From Octopus sinensis (taxonomy: Eukaryota): a DNA stretch of 64,000 nt. Shown piece after piece: positions 26,325 through 38,590 of this stretch. The position numbers were made by a program, and so were the translations under genes. The notes beneath the pieces were generated by a model, which had not been told where the DNA came from, searched no databases, and saw only the letters and a list, made by a program, of their open reading frames with translations. The stretch spans positions 79,050,001-79,114,000 of the forward strand of contig NC_043006.1 in assembly GCF_006345805.1 (NCBI RefSeq), read 5' to 3'. The first letter of the stretch is position 1; each line of letters begins with the position of its first letter.

Positions 26325-27628
26325 CGGGGGGTGTATGAAAAGTTTTGAGCCTAACCTGGAAAAGGGGCTGCTAGATAGCTGAAACAATTTTCCTGGTAAC
26401 TACCGTTTTTTCAGAGTATTCTTGCTCATTTTCATGATTCTAATATTTTTATTTTTTTTGTCGCAGATTTTTTTAATAAAAAAGGGCCCAGGTTATAAAA
26501 AATTGGAGAAAACTGAGTATCGTGCTGTCATAAAGTACCTTCATTTGAAAGGCATGACTCCATCAGAAATCTATGAAGATATGGGGAGAAACTTAATGTT
26601 CCTTCATATGCATCAGTCAAACGCCGGGTACATGAATTCAAGCGTGACAGGGAGAGTGTGGAAGATGATCCCAGACCAGGGAGACCTCCAACTACAACCA
26701 CCAAGGACAACCTTGACCTTGCTCTTGGTATGATAATGCAAGATCGCCGAATATCATGTCGTCAGATAGCCGAAAGACTGGGCATCACAAAAGAGCAGAT
26801 AACATTATGACAAAAGAACTTGGATTCTCAAAGGTTTCCGCAAGGTGGGTCCCCTCGCCTTTTGACTCCTGAACAGAAACGCAGCAGGTCCACTTTGTTC
26901 ACGAGCAATCTGGAACTGTTTGAAGCCGATGAAAAGACTTTTCTTGCTCGTTTCATTACTATGGACGAAAGTTGTGTTCATTACTACCAGCCTGAAACTA
27001 AAAAACAATCAAAGCAGTGGAAGCACACATCTTTTCCCACCCCAAAGAAGGCTAGGGTAATTCCTTCAGCTGGCATGGTCATGGCGTCCGCTGTTTGAGA
27101 TTCTCAAGGTGTCTTGCTGATCGATTACCTTGAAAACGGTCACACCATGACAGGGCTGTATTATTCTCAGCTACTGAAACGCCTCCAAGAAGCAATCAAA
27201 GAAAAAGACCGGGAATGCTCACCAGAGGAGTCCTTTTTCATCATGGCAATGCTCCAGCCCACACCTCAGTGGTTGTCATGGCAACAATCCGTGATTTTGT
27301 ATATGAACTTGCTCCCCATCTGCCTTATTTGCCAGACTTAGCCCCCGCTGACTTTCATCTATTCCCTAAAATGAAAGAAGCCCTGGCTGGTAGCCATTTT
27401 GCCAGTGACAATGACGTCATAGACGCTGTAGGACGTTTCTTGCAGTCTCAAACAAAAAGTGTTCTTCTATGCCGGGATAATGGCGCTTCAGCACCGCTGG
27501 AGAAAGTGTTCAGTCATCGAGGGGAACTATGTTAAAAAATAAATCATCAGAAGTTTTGTACCATGTTTTTTGGGGGTTATTTGGGTTTTTTTTTTTTTTG
27601 AGGCTCAAGACTTTTCATACACCCCTCG
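26325..27628 (+). mobile_element. full-length mariner element (1.3 kb), transposase pseudogene
   Basis: TIRs cggggggtgtatgaaaagttttgagcct and aggctcaagacttttcatacacccctcg (26/28 match), TA on both sides; YRAVIKYLHLKG, FITMDESCVHYYQPETK, FHHGNAPAH, YLPDLAPADFHLF. Confidence 0.95.
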
Positions 27629-28194
27629 TACATATACATACATCCATACAAAATACCCTGTTGGCGTTGTAGAGATTTCAATGACGGAACCGTGGATCTA
27701 GTTTAGAAACCGGTTCTTTCTTTATTGACAAGAAATCTCGAAAAAAAACTGAATAATGGCATACATACATAATACAACGCACTGATTGTATTCCCTTCAA
27801 TTTTATTACCAAGTAATTAGATAATTTTTCATTTATTTACAGAGGAAGTGCATGTCTTTAATCATAAGGGCCTTATGCACCTTCGTCTTGTTCATACACA
27901 TACACACACACTAGCTTTTCTGTGATCGTATCTTGGAATCTAATGATGAGGTTTGTTCATCTGTTATTTTTTCTACTCGGTGTGTGTGTTTGTGTGTGTG
28001 TTCATATGCCCATTTATAATTTTAATTGGAATGGCGGTGAGTTTCTATATATATATGTGAGAGAGGATTACTATCTGGGCCTTTTGATGTCATTATGCCT
28101 ACACATATTTACGTATGCATATACGAATATGTATGTGTATGTATATATATATGTATGATATAACATATAATATATATATATATATATATAACTT

Positions 28195-28625
28195 TTGATA
28201 ACTTTGATAGGTTTCGGCCAGTATAGGCCCAGGCCATGTCTAACTCCACCAGGTGAAGTATCTTAGTCATATACGGGGCACCATATGTTGGAGGTATATC
28301 CGGGTGTAGGAGGTTGGTTCGGGATTTTTTGAAGAAATTTGTCCAGTGAACATTTGAATTTTATGGATCTGTTTCCCTTTTGACATAGTTTGGTATGGTA
28401 TTAAAGAGAGCTGGACCGGTTGAGGTACAGTAATTGTGACGTAATGTTGCTATGTATACTGAGTTCGATTTTTGTAGTGGGTGGATAGCACGGGGGCCAA
28501 GTCTTGGATAGATTTTTAAATTGAGGCCCACACCATTTGTGAAATATTGATGGAATATTTTCCACATAACACAAATGATGTAGCGCTCTCGGTGGCGTTG
28601 GAGAGAACAGCGACTGAGTTTTTTA
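28195..28625 (-). mobile_element. LINE 3' end (CR1/L2/Jockey-superclade-like)
   Basis: LKKLSRCSLQRHRERYIICVMWKIF...STGPALFNTIP; tail stem-loop homologous to 22985-23025. Confidence 0.65.
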
Positions 28626-28672
28626 GTTGATCCCAATAATCAATGCCTCTCGTGTCGTCTATCTGCCTTGTC

Positions 28673-28774
<102 letters not shown>

Positions 28775-28789
28775 GGGAGAATTCACAAA

Positions 28790-29680
28790 AAAAAAACAAG
28801 ACGAAGACAGGTGGTGTAGACAACAAACAGATGTATTAGTATAACGCTCGGGAAGTGAAAAAGTCTTTAACGTTTCGAGCCCACGCTCTTCCACAGAAAG
28901 GAACACAGAAAGAAACAAGGAGAGAAAATAAAGAATGTGTAGTGGCTAGCGATCTATCATGGCCATTGCCGGACAGAATCAGAAGGGTCACACAGGAGAG
29001 CTAGGGAGAAGGGGAGATAATAAAGTAGTGGTGATCCCAAAACGAAAGTGCGTGTGCGTGTGTATAAGAGAGTTTGTATGTACGTGTGGAAGAGGGCTGG
29101 TGATCTTGACGTGTGCGTGTGTGTATATGTAGGTGTGAAAATGTGGGTCTGGGAAGTGGTCAGTGCTGGTGTATGCGTGGTGGTGTATTGTGATGTGATA
29201 TGTTGTGTGGTATGGTGGTATATGATGTAGCGGTGTGTGGTGAGATGGTGAGATGGTGAGATGGTGCTGGGAGGTGGGGGAGCGAGACTGGGGAAAGCAA
29301 GGGTGGGGTGTAGGGTTACGCTGAGTGTGGGGGTAGAGGTGGAGTATGTGGGTAAGCGGATGGCTCCTGTGCAACGACAATCTGAACACGGACAGGTGTT
29401 GCAAAGAGTGACCGGTAGAGCGGAAATGACGTGAGACTGGGGTGTCATTGCCGAGTCGGATGTCTCGGAGGTGTTCCGCGAACTGGTCAGACAAGCGACG
29501 TCCCGTTTGCCCAATGTATAGAGAAGGGCAGAGTGAGCAGGAGATGCAGTAGATGATATTGGTAGAAGTGCCGGTGAAGGAGTCGGTGATGTGATAGGGT
29601 CGATGATGGGTGCCGGTGAGGAGTGTGGTGTTGGAGAAGTAAGGGCAAGTGCGTGCGTTTGTTGTTGTAACAAGCTGCTA
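28790..29680 (-). mobile_element. Penelope-like element 3' fragment (GIY-YIG endonuclease plus 3' terminal repeat)
   Basis: Frame 29623->29360: TNIIYCISCSLCPSLYIGQTGRRLSDQFAEHLRDIRLGNDTPVSRHFRSTGHS; hammerhead motif downstream. Confidence 0.88.
28865..28900 (-). ncRNA. minimal type I hammerhead motif with one core change
   Basis: Minus strand CTTT-CTGTGGA-A-GAGC-GTGG-GCTC-GAAAC-GTT-AAAG; stems I (4 bp) and II (4 bp) perfect; A6U. Confidence 0.65.
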
Positions 29681-29691
29681 ATGCTTGTTAC

Positions 29692-29725
<34 letters not shown>

Positions 29726-30043
29726 ATGTATATACACGTACACACGCACACACGTAGGAAGGTGTTTCTATATGGGTATCTGTGTGTATGTTTGTATGTA
29801 TTTATGTATGTATCTATATACACATGCATATAACATGCATATATATACACAGAGATGCACGCATGGACACATACATAATATTGGCTTAGTTGGTGTTATT
29901 TTTAGCTTATCATTCGGGTTTTTATTTATTTTGTTTTGTTTACTAATTCATGCATGAATGACTAAGAAAAGATTACCAACAAGCCATAAACCATTTGACA
30001 GCACAGGAAGACATCAATAAGAACAAAAAAGATAGCATTACAA

Positions 30044-30081
<38 letters not shown>

Positions 30082-30377
30082 AAAGATCTTGGTTTAGGCG
30101 TTACCCACGACCTATTATACAAAATATTGTACACAATGCTTCATAGTAATTATTCCATTATGTATATATACATACACACACGTGCGTACACATATGCTTG
30201 CAAGCATACCTACAAACATAAACACACATCCGTGCACAGATGCGGAGACACATAGTTGTATGTAAGCGTAATGCATTCCAAAGATCGACACAACAGCCTT
30301 CTCTTTACACAGACACACAAGCATACTCATAGAAGCATACTCACACGAAGACGCCAACACACGCACACACACACACA

Positions 30378-30409
<32 letters not shown>

Positions 30410-30412
<3 letters not shown>

Positions 30413-30835
30413 ATACTGGTTTCAAATTTTGGCACAAGGCCACTAATTTCGGGTTAGGGGCTTAAGTCGATTACATCGACCTCCAGTGTTCAACTGGTAC
30501 TTATTTTAACGACCCCGAAAGGGATGACAGTCAAAGTCGACCTCGGAGGAATTTGATCTCCGAACGTAAAATCAGACAGAATGCCGCTAAGCATTTCGCC
30601 CGGCGTGCTAACGTTTATGCCAGCTCGACGCCTTAGTGCTTTCTATTATAAACACAGGGCCTGGAATTTTGAGGGAGGGCGCAAGTCGATTACATCGACC
30701 CCAGTGCATGACTGGTACTAATTTCATCGGCCACGAAATGATGAAAAACAAATTCGACCTCGGCAGGATTTGAACTCAGAACGTAAAGTCGGGGAAAATG
30801 CCCGGCGTGTTAACGAACCTGCCAGCTCGCCGCCT
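30410..30835 (-). mobile_element. two SINE family A copies
   Basis: 30410-30635 and 30655-30835, each with gtcgattacatcgacc...gacctcgg..atttgaactc..gccagctcg. Confidence 0.85.
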
Positions 30836-31359
30836 TCTCACCTTCATATATAAAAACACGCATAGCAACAACACCGTCATTCCAATTAAATATTTATACA
30901 CTCCTGCACACACACACGCGCGCACACACACACCACACACACACACACACACACAACACAAATACAAACACACAACACACACACTCACGCACACATACAA
31001 GCACGCTCAATGCATAAAAGAGATATAAAGTGAATATTAACAAAATTCCCAATGAGACTCCAATAAAAAAAATATAGAACATGAGTGGGTGTTAGCGAGG
31101 GGCGTAGCCAGAGTGTGCGCAGCCGGGAACAGCCTTTGAGTTTGAATCCCCCTCCCTCTGTCCCCTTCCCTTCACTTATACAGCAGACCCAAAAGTGCCC
31201 CCACCATAAAAGCTTGCCAGGATTGAACCGTCCCCTCATCCCCTTCATTCCTTCCTCCCTTCGTCCCCTCCTCCATTTCGCCGCCCCATCCCAAACTATG
31301 TTACTAGTATTACCACAGATAAATTATATGATGGGTACATTGTTATCGTTAATGCTTTT

Positions 31360-31965
31360 TCACGTGTTTTCGGGATCCATCCACTTCGCGACACATTGGG
31401 CAAGTATCTTCTACTATAGCCGCGGTCAATCAATGTTTTGTGAGTGAATTTGGTAGACGGAAACTGTGAGGAAGCCGTCGTAACTGTGAACCTAACCCAC
31501 ATGCATTTTTACTTTGTCTCTTCTCTTTCTTATCGTCTTTTTTCTCTTCCTTCACTTCTCAGTCTCTCCTGGACTTTACTGTGGTAGGTGAAGGACTTTA
31601 TCCGAAACGTTATACTTTTGCCCTATAAATTTTACTCTATAATTTTTTTCCTTCATTGAGCACCAAGCTAATAATACTAACTGTAAACGTACCTTTGACT
31701 TTTTGTTATTTTATTATTTGCTTTGCTTTATATATGTGTAGGGGACAGAGAGAGAGAGAGAGAGAGAGAGAGCGTGTGTGAGTGAGATCGAGGATGTGTC
31801 TTCCTCTTTGTGTTGTGTTTGCGTCCCAATAACTTAGTCGTTCGAACCGATAGAATAAGTACCATACTTTAAAAAAAAACTACTGAGGTGGGTTTGTTCG
31901 ATCAAGCCCTTCAAGATGATACACCAGCAAGACTGCAGTCCAATAACTGAAACAAGTATAAGATT
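31360..31965 (+). mobile_element. split SINE family B with a PLE-type terminal fragment between the halves
   Basis: Head 31360-31490, tail 31790-31965; intervening ggacttta-tcc-gaaac-gtt (31593-31611) resembles 43700 region. Confidence 0.6.
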
Positions 31966-32199
31966 AAAAGACAAAAAGATCTCATTTAATGACAATAAAA
32001 CTAAAGGGAAATACAACCAAAGCATGTGCTTTAATTGGATGTATATCAATTCCAAAGTAAAATACATGCAACCTTCAAAAATCCCATGCTCTTCAAATTC
32101 GCCAACACTACCCCTTACGGCCTTAGCACTCTTTCTCGTGGTACTATTACTGTTCTTTCTTTTGTATTTTATTCTGTACATACTGTATAGGCATTTGGC

Positions 32200-33387
32200 T
32201 TTCATTGCCGTTTTTCAGAGGTGATCAATGGCTCAATAGAACAATGTCATCTTCTCTAATGAATCCTCATTCACCCTTTTCCCCACACTTCGGGGCGAGT
32301 TTATGACTGGAGATTTCAAAAATAATCTTGAATGTTTGTCCCCTACCATGAAGGATAGAGGTAGCTTTGTGATGATGTTGGCAACCGAATTCTCTTGGCA
32401 TTTTAGTTGTTCTACAGAATTAACACAAAGGATTATCTGAGCACTTTACTTGTTACTTTTATTTTCGGTGGCACTCGCCCGGGGTGGATTGAGCCGGCTC
32501 CGATATGTGGTTTCCGGTCACATGCATACACACTATAGGATCCGTAGTAGATCCTTTTCCCATCGATTGTCGACCGTCGCAGGGCATTCACTAACCAAGT
32601 CACCGCCAATTAATCGGAGCAGACGTATCCTGTATTCGAAACCGGTTCTAGAGACATGCTTTAACAAAAGCTAAAAGGTACCTCTCTCCCAATGGTCTTC
32701 GAGCATGCCGGACACCAGTCCGGAATTTGTGAGGGGCCCGTGCTATTGCTAAATAGTCGTTGAACCTACACTAGGTTCACCGTCCTTTTGACAGGTCTTG
32801 TTTTTAAAGCTACGGGGTTTCTAGCAACCATCCTCGCCAGTCAGGCCTAGTGGGGGTGCTGGTTTAGTCGACAATGGCCTGACCATGCAACAAGTTGTAC
32901 TGGATTTCATGTTACCAGTAGCACTCATGAGAGACCTCACAAGTGACCTGACACATATCCGTGTATTTTGGTTGATCATCTCCACCCAATGGTACAAACA
33001 TTGTTCGGTGATCGTTTCACAATCTTCAAAGACGACAATGCATCGACTACCGCGACTAATGTTATTCAAAATTGATACGTATAGCACAAAAGTGAAGCAG
33101 GACACTTAGACTGGCCCATACAATCACCGGACCTCAGTATAATCGAACCCCTATATTGCGATTTGGAACAAGTAAGTAGCCACTTCCATATACCATCGTC
33201 GCTGAAAGAGCTAAAGCAGATTTTACTCAAAAACCGACCCAAAATTCCCTTAACAACCATTCTGAACTTATACGAGTCATTTCTTCAACGTGTTAAAGTT
33301 GTAATTGGTGCCAAAGGTGGAACAACTCCTAATTAAATTGTTAAAAAACCACTTTCATTTATAACAAGGTGTTTCTATTATTTTGTT

Positions 33388-33392
<5 letters not shown>
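32200..33392 (+). mobile_element. Tc1-like element interrupted by a ~500-bp insertion
   Basis: NNVIFSNESSFTLFP and INTKDYLSTL before about 32445; ILVDHLHPMVQTLF, IFKDDNAS and SPDLSIIEPL after about 32955; TIR-like end before (CT)n. Confidence 0.82.
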
Positions 33393-33478
<86 letters not shown>

Positions 33479-33489
33479 CACATACACAC

Positions 33490-33640
33490 GCATAAAGATA
33501 TGTACTTATACAAAGAAAATTGAAGGTTGAAATTCCCCGACGTATGAAAGTTGTGATTGAGGCCAAGGGTGAACTAATTCTGTATTCAATAATAAAGCTT
33601 CCATTTAACAAGATGTTCCCATTGTTTTGCCCAACCCGTC
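33490..33640 (+). mobile_element. second Tc1 3' end fragment
   Basis: IPRRMKVVIEAKG plus TIR-like aacaagatgttcccattgttttgcccaaccc. Confidence 0.65.
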
Positions 33641-33934
33641 GAGACATGCACACATAGACAGAGAGAGAGGGAGAGAGAGAGGACGGGAGAAAGAAAAGAG
33701 AGGGAGAGAGACAGACACACGCATACACACGCATGCACACACACACACACACACACACACGTACATAAATATGAGATTATTCTCTGGGCAACATCCTTAT
33801 CCAGCCGGCATTTTCAGCAACAGAAACTAGGTTCCTCATCTCACCTATCCACCGTGGACCTTGTATATTACTGACCATTCCCTTCATCACACCTGTTTAA
33901 TAGCTGTGCTTATGATGACAATGACAATGCCTAC

Positions 33935-33938
33935 TACT

Positions 33939-33976
<38 letters not shown>

Positions 33977-34000
33977 TGCAGCAGCATCAGCAGCAGCAGC

Positions 34001-34039
<39 letters not shown>

Positions 34040-34189
34040 TGCAGCAGCAGCAGCTGCGGCGGCGGCGGTGGTAGTAATTGTAGTAATTATAGGGGTTGTG
34101 GTGATAGTAGACGTGGTGATGGCTGTAATTGTTGTAGTAGTAGTAGTGGTTGAAGTTGTAGTAAAAGTAGTAGCAGTAGCAGCATTAGC

Positions 34190-34226
<37 letters not shown>

Positions 34227-34474
34227 ATTGTGCGGGATGTCGTCGGCGCTCATGATGCTGACACTCGGAGACATTGGTGGGTTGATGGCAGGGGTAGGAC
34301 TGGTGGTGCTGCTTGTGGTGGTGGGGGGAGGAAAAGAGATAAGGGGTGATGTAGAAGAAGGTTCAACAATTAAAAGTTTGCGTTAACGATAAGTGTTGCT
34401 ATAGCAACGATTTGTAGCCATGACAACAAAGGTTAGTTGTCGAAGGCAACAAGAGCATACAAACTACTACTACA

Positions 34475-34528
<54 letters not shown>

Positions 34529-34695
34529 GCTACAAGGATGAAAGGCAAACTTGGCCTCTGCGATATTCGGAAGCGTAAAGAACCGCAACTAAATACCTAT
34601 GATGATGGCGACGACGACGACGATAATGATGGTGGTGGTGATGGTAGTGGTGGTGGTGGTTTTGGTGGTGGTGGTGGTGGTGGTGGTGGTGATTT
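33935..34695. repeat. compound trinucleotide arrays (GTA, GCA, CTA, CTG, GAT, GGT)
   Basis: Directly visible. Confidence 0.95.
34395..34427. promoter_or_regulatory. tandem pair of X-box (RFX-type) palindromes
   Basis: GTTGCTATAGCAAC (34395-34408, perfect palindrome) and GTAGCCATGACAAC (34414-34427). Confidence 0.35.
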
Positions 34696-34989
34696 CTACT
34701 ATAAGCACAAGGACTGCATGTCACTTGTGTGGAGTGATTGTCGATTACATAGACCTCGAAAGGATGACAAGCAAAGTCTTTATCAGCCAGGGGGGACAGA
34801 AAAAAATAACAATACGATGCAAATTGTAATAGAGTGTTTACAGATTAATCAGGTGTAAAAAAAAAAGAAAGAAAATAACAAAAACAATAAATATCAATCA
34901 AATAGAAACAAGAGACATCACCATCAATAGGAAGGATAACCACCTAGGGCCAACCATCCTGTTCCCCAAGAGCATTTGCCTTTGGGCCA

Positions 34990-35470
34990 TTTTCGCTATT
35001 ATCATTAACCTTTCAGCAAACTTACCAGATGGAGTGGGTAGCATTTCCCTCCACATCTTCCCCTTTCTCAACTTGTAAAGATTGATGAGGGCTTAATTGA
35101 ATAGGAAGACCCCGTCGTCTGTCCTTTCAGCCACGTACACAATTCTGTCTTTTTCGCTATGGTCACCGGGCAGTGGAAAGCTACCTGTTCCTCACAACCG
35201 AAGGAATGCGGCAGGCCAATCTTTAGAATGGACCCAACCAATAACAGGATTTGCTCTACACATGATAACAGCTTTTCAGCAAATTCCACAAGTTGGGTAC
35301 TATAAAAAAGCGAGCAGAATGGTTTCGTCACTCTGCATGCATCTCGGAACGACCATACTGGCAATATTTTTCTGCTTGTATAGTTTCTCCCGAACAGCCA
35401 ATGCTTGGTGTTAGTATTACCAGGTGAGAAATTTCTGGAAATTTTCCATAGTCCCTGACAATGAGGAAAC
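34990..35470 (-). mobile_element. older Tx1/L1-like 3' fragment
   Basis: LAVREKLYKQKNIASMVVPRCMQSDETILLAF is homologous to the zf-RVT region of the other two Tx1 copies. Confidence 0.7.
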
Positions 35471-35569
35471 AGTTATTTGCTTTGATGTCTTCAGGGTTTG
35501 TACCCGGTACCCCTTAAGACTATTAACCGCCATTATTTGTTACTGTTGATAAAACAGTGAGCTGACAGA

Positions 35570-35745
35570 ATCGTTAGCAGTCGGACAAAACGCCTAGCGG
35601 CATTTCACTCGGTTCCTTGCATTTTGAGTTCAAATTCCACCGAGGTCGATTTTTCCTTTCGTCTTTTCGGGGTCGATAAAATAATTACCAATTAAACACT
35701 GGGGTCGATATAATCTACTGTTCTCCAGTTCCCAAACTTTCAGAC
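35570..35745 (+). mobile_element. SINE family A
   Basis: gagctgacagaatcgttagc..gagttcaaattccaccgaggtcga. Confidence 0.8.
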
Positions 35746-35924
35746 TCGTACCAATAGCAGAAAACATTTGTTGCTGTTGTTTTTGTTCTCTTACACCTTG
35801 TGAGTAGAAAACCCTTAAATGGCTTTTGCCGCCACGAATATAGCAACAGGATCCTCTGCTTGGATGCTGAGGCATTCCTCATGCACCCATTACAGAGCAC
35901 AACTCCAATTTAATTTTCTAATAT

Positions 35925-36525
35925 TTTATACGAGCAGGAACAAAGAGCCGACGTGAAATTTTGCGTTAAACTCGGGAAGTCTGCTACAAAGACATTGAGC
36001 ATGCTTTCGCAAGTTTACGGTAATGTAATGTTTCGTACACAATGATTCGAATGGCACGGGCACTTCAAATGTGGAAGAGCGGCCCTGAAAGACGATGAGC
36101 AATCTAGAAGACCATCCACGAGCGTCACCCCTGGAAATGTGGTAGTGTGCAAGTGTGCATCAAGAATTATTCCCCCACCCACCCTCCACGCGGCCCAACC
36201 CGTCAATTGAGAGTTCTACTGGGACGTTTGAAGCATTTTTGGAGGGACATTCGGCGAATGCGACCGGTTCCATGAAGCGTGAAGGATTGGATTCTTTACC
36301 GAGCTCTTTTCACTCGTGAGTTTCTCGCCAAAAACAACATTGTATCGCTTCCTCACCCGCCCTATTCGCCAGATTTTAGCTCCTGCAGATTTCCATCTCT
36401 TCTCCAAGATGAAAATACAGCTCAAAAGTCACCGTTTTAACACCGTTGTTACGATCCAGAGCGAATCGCAGAAGGTCCTCGACTCGTTTACGGAAAGCGA
36501 CTTCCAGGCCGGATTCCAAAAATCA
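35925..36525 (+). mobile_element. internally deleted mariner element
   Basis: EQEQRADVKFCVKLGKSATKTLSML, FKCGRAALKDDEQSRRP, LAPADFHLFSKMK. Confidence 0.85.
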
Positions 36526-37122
36526 TAATATTCTTCAACTCGTATGGTTGGATCACCGTGGAATAGCTCTCTTAACAACATTAGCGACCTCGTATATTAC
36601 AGACCATTCCCTTCATAACAATCACACCTGTTTAATAGTTGTACTTATGATGACAATGGATCGTAATATTCTTCAACTCGTATGGTTATCCACTTACTTA
36701 ATCTGAATCAGTAGGGCAGGATATGAAGGTGATTTGACTGTTGTTTTTTGTAGGTCCAGCAATAGTCCCATAGCGATCCTTGCAATGAGTCGAAACAATA
36801 GTGTTGTTCATAATTGCATAAAACGGCAACAATAACAAAAAAATTAGAGTGAACACGTTTTAAAAAAATAACCAAAAAGTAAAAAAGGGGTCTAATGAAA
36901 AAAGGATAAATACGCACACACATGTATGCATACACGCATGTATGCATGTATGTATGTATGTATGTATGTATGTATGTATGTAGTTCATAACGAAACACTT
37001 CCATATTTACATGCTTTATTTTCTCCCTTCGGCTCAATTTTAATCTGACCGAAGACTAGACGGCACGAAAGGTGTACGAAGCTTAATACTTTAGAACTGA
37101 AGAGACGATAAGGAAACACCCT

Positions 37123-37166
<44 letters not shown>

Positions 37167-37224
37167 ACTCACTCTCACTCTCTGCCTGCCTTTCTATTTC
37201 TCTCTCCCTCCGTCTCTCTCTCTT

Positions 37225-37302
<78 letters not shown>

Positions 37303-37329
37303 CTATCTATCCCTCTTTAGACCAACTAG

Positions 37330-37937
37330 AAACACCCGAATTACGAACCAATGGTGGCTGGCCTCTACCTCATTGCTCGGCTTGCAGAAAGTAGCAGCCA
37401 GATATCTATCAAATCACACCCTCCTACTTTATACATAGACAGGACTCATTATGCAATGTATGTAGTCTTACATGCCCCCTCATATGACGATATAGCCAGG
37501 ACTGCAGAGTCTTTGATTAAAAGTCGGCTTAATCAGGTATGACCTGGCACTAACCAATGAGGACAACCTCTACGTCAGCGCTCGATCTGATAGAAGTTGT
37601 TGTAAAATCTCCCTCAATTTACACTCCACCATCTTAAAAAAACAAAACAGACGGATTCGGTGGATGACATGGTTCCGAGTGCACAGTGGACTGTATCCGG
37701 GAATGAGACAGATTGATTATGGTTCGATTGCCTTTGATTACATATTTACTGAATCAGCTTGACTTGAGGTTAAGTAAAAAAAGTCAAATCTCATTCAAAT
37801 CATATTGCAACGTCTTTTTAAAAGGACACATTGGATAGCGTACTCTTAGATATACATTGACAAGATAGACACGGCTAGAATGCCTTTGTTCATAGACCTT
37901 TTAGATTTGAGCCGACCAAGAGCTAAGCAACAACAAC
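37330..37937 (+). repeat. unclassified dispersed repeat with internal subrepeats and (CAA)n tail
   Basis: aaatc(a/t)cacc..ca subrepeats, ends gctaagcaacaacaac; reverse-oriented relative at about 56220-56460. Confidence 0.45.
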
Positions 37938-37941
37938 TACA

Positions 37942-38498
37942 GTGGAGGCGCAATGGCCTAGTGGTTAGGGCAGCGACTCGCAGTCGTAAGAACGCGGTTT
38001 CGATTCTCAGACCGGGACATTGCGAGTGTTTATTGAGCAAAAACACCTAAGCTCCACGAGGCTCCGGTGGGTGTGGTGGTGAACCCTGCTGTACTCTTTC
38101 GCCACAACTTTCTCTCACTCTTTCTTCCTACTTCTGCCACAAAGCAGAGGAACCATGGTGTAACCCACTATGGTGTGGTAAACTTTCAGGCCCTAGTCTA
38201 GATTGCGAATCTTCTGTACCCCAGGCTGGTTCAGCTCTCCACCCGTTAAAAGCCATCGTTTACGGAATGAGGATAACAACGTAGCTTTCGCGCCCGTGCA
38301 ACCGCCAGTCTATCGCGTGTGGTGGGTGGATCTTCAAGTTGCCACAAGCATTCTTAGTAGCTTAGAGTAGGCTGGAATTAGAGATTATTCTTTGTGGCTA
38401 ATGGTGTGAGCCCTGATTGGAAGAAGAAGAAGAAGAAGAAGAAGAAGAAGAAGAAGAAGAAGAAGAAGAAGAAGAAGAAGAAGAAGAAGAAGAAGAAG

Positions 38499-38551
<53 letters not shown>

Positions 38552-38590
38552 GAAGAAGAAGAAGAAGAAGAAGAAGAAGAAGAAGAAGAA
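37942..38590 (+). mobile_element. SINE family C, full length, with (GAA)n(CAA)n(GAA)n tail
   Basis: gtggaggcgcaatggcctagtggttagggcagc head; body matches 8290-8766 in reverse. Confidence 0.9.

Noticed and set aside
32860-32900. HDV-like ribozyme around ccaTCCTCGCcag
   Set aside because: L3-like heptamer is present but the flanking P3 bases (cca/agt) do not pair and no P1 was found
37097-37120. CTGAAGA...GAAAC motif (similar partial motifs at 1452-1472, 17590-17616, 24734-24755, 25240-25272)
   Set aside because: Missing stem II pairing, GAAA or NUH site; could be chance or very old relics
37942-38020. tRNA gene (also 8700-8766, 46470-46529, 55545-55582, 59827-59900)
   Set aside because: tRNA-like A/B boxes continue directly into a shared SINE body with no proper acceptor stem or terminator; these are SINE heads
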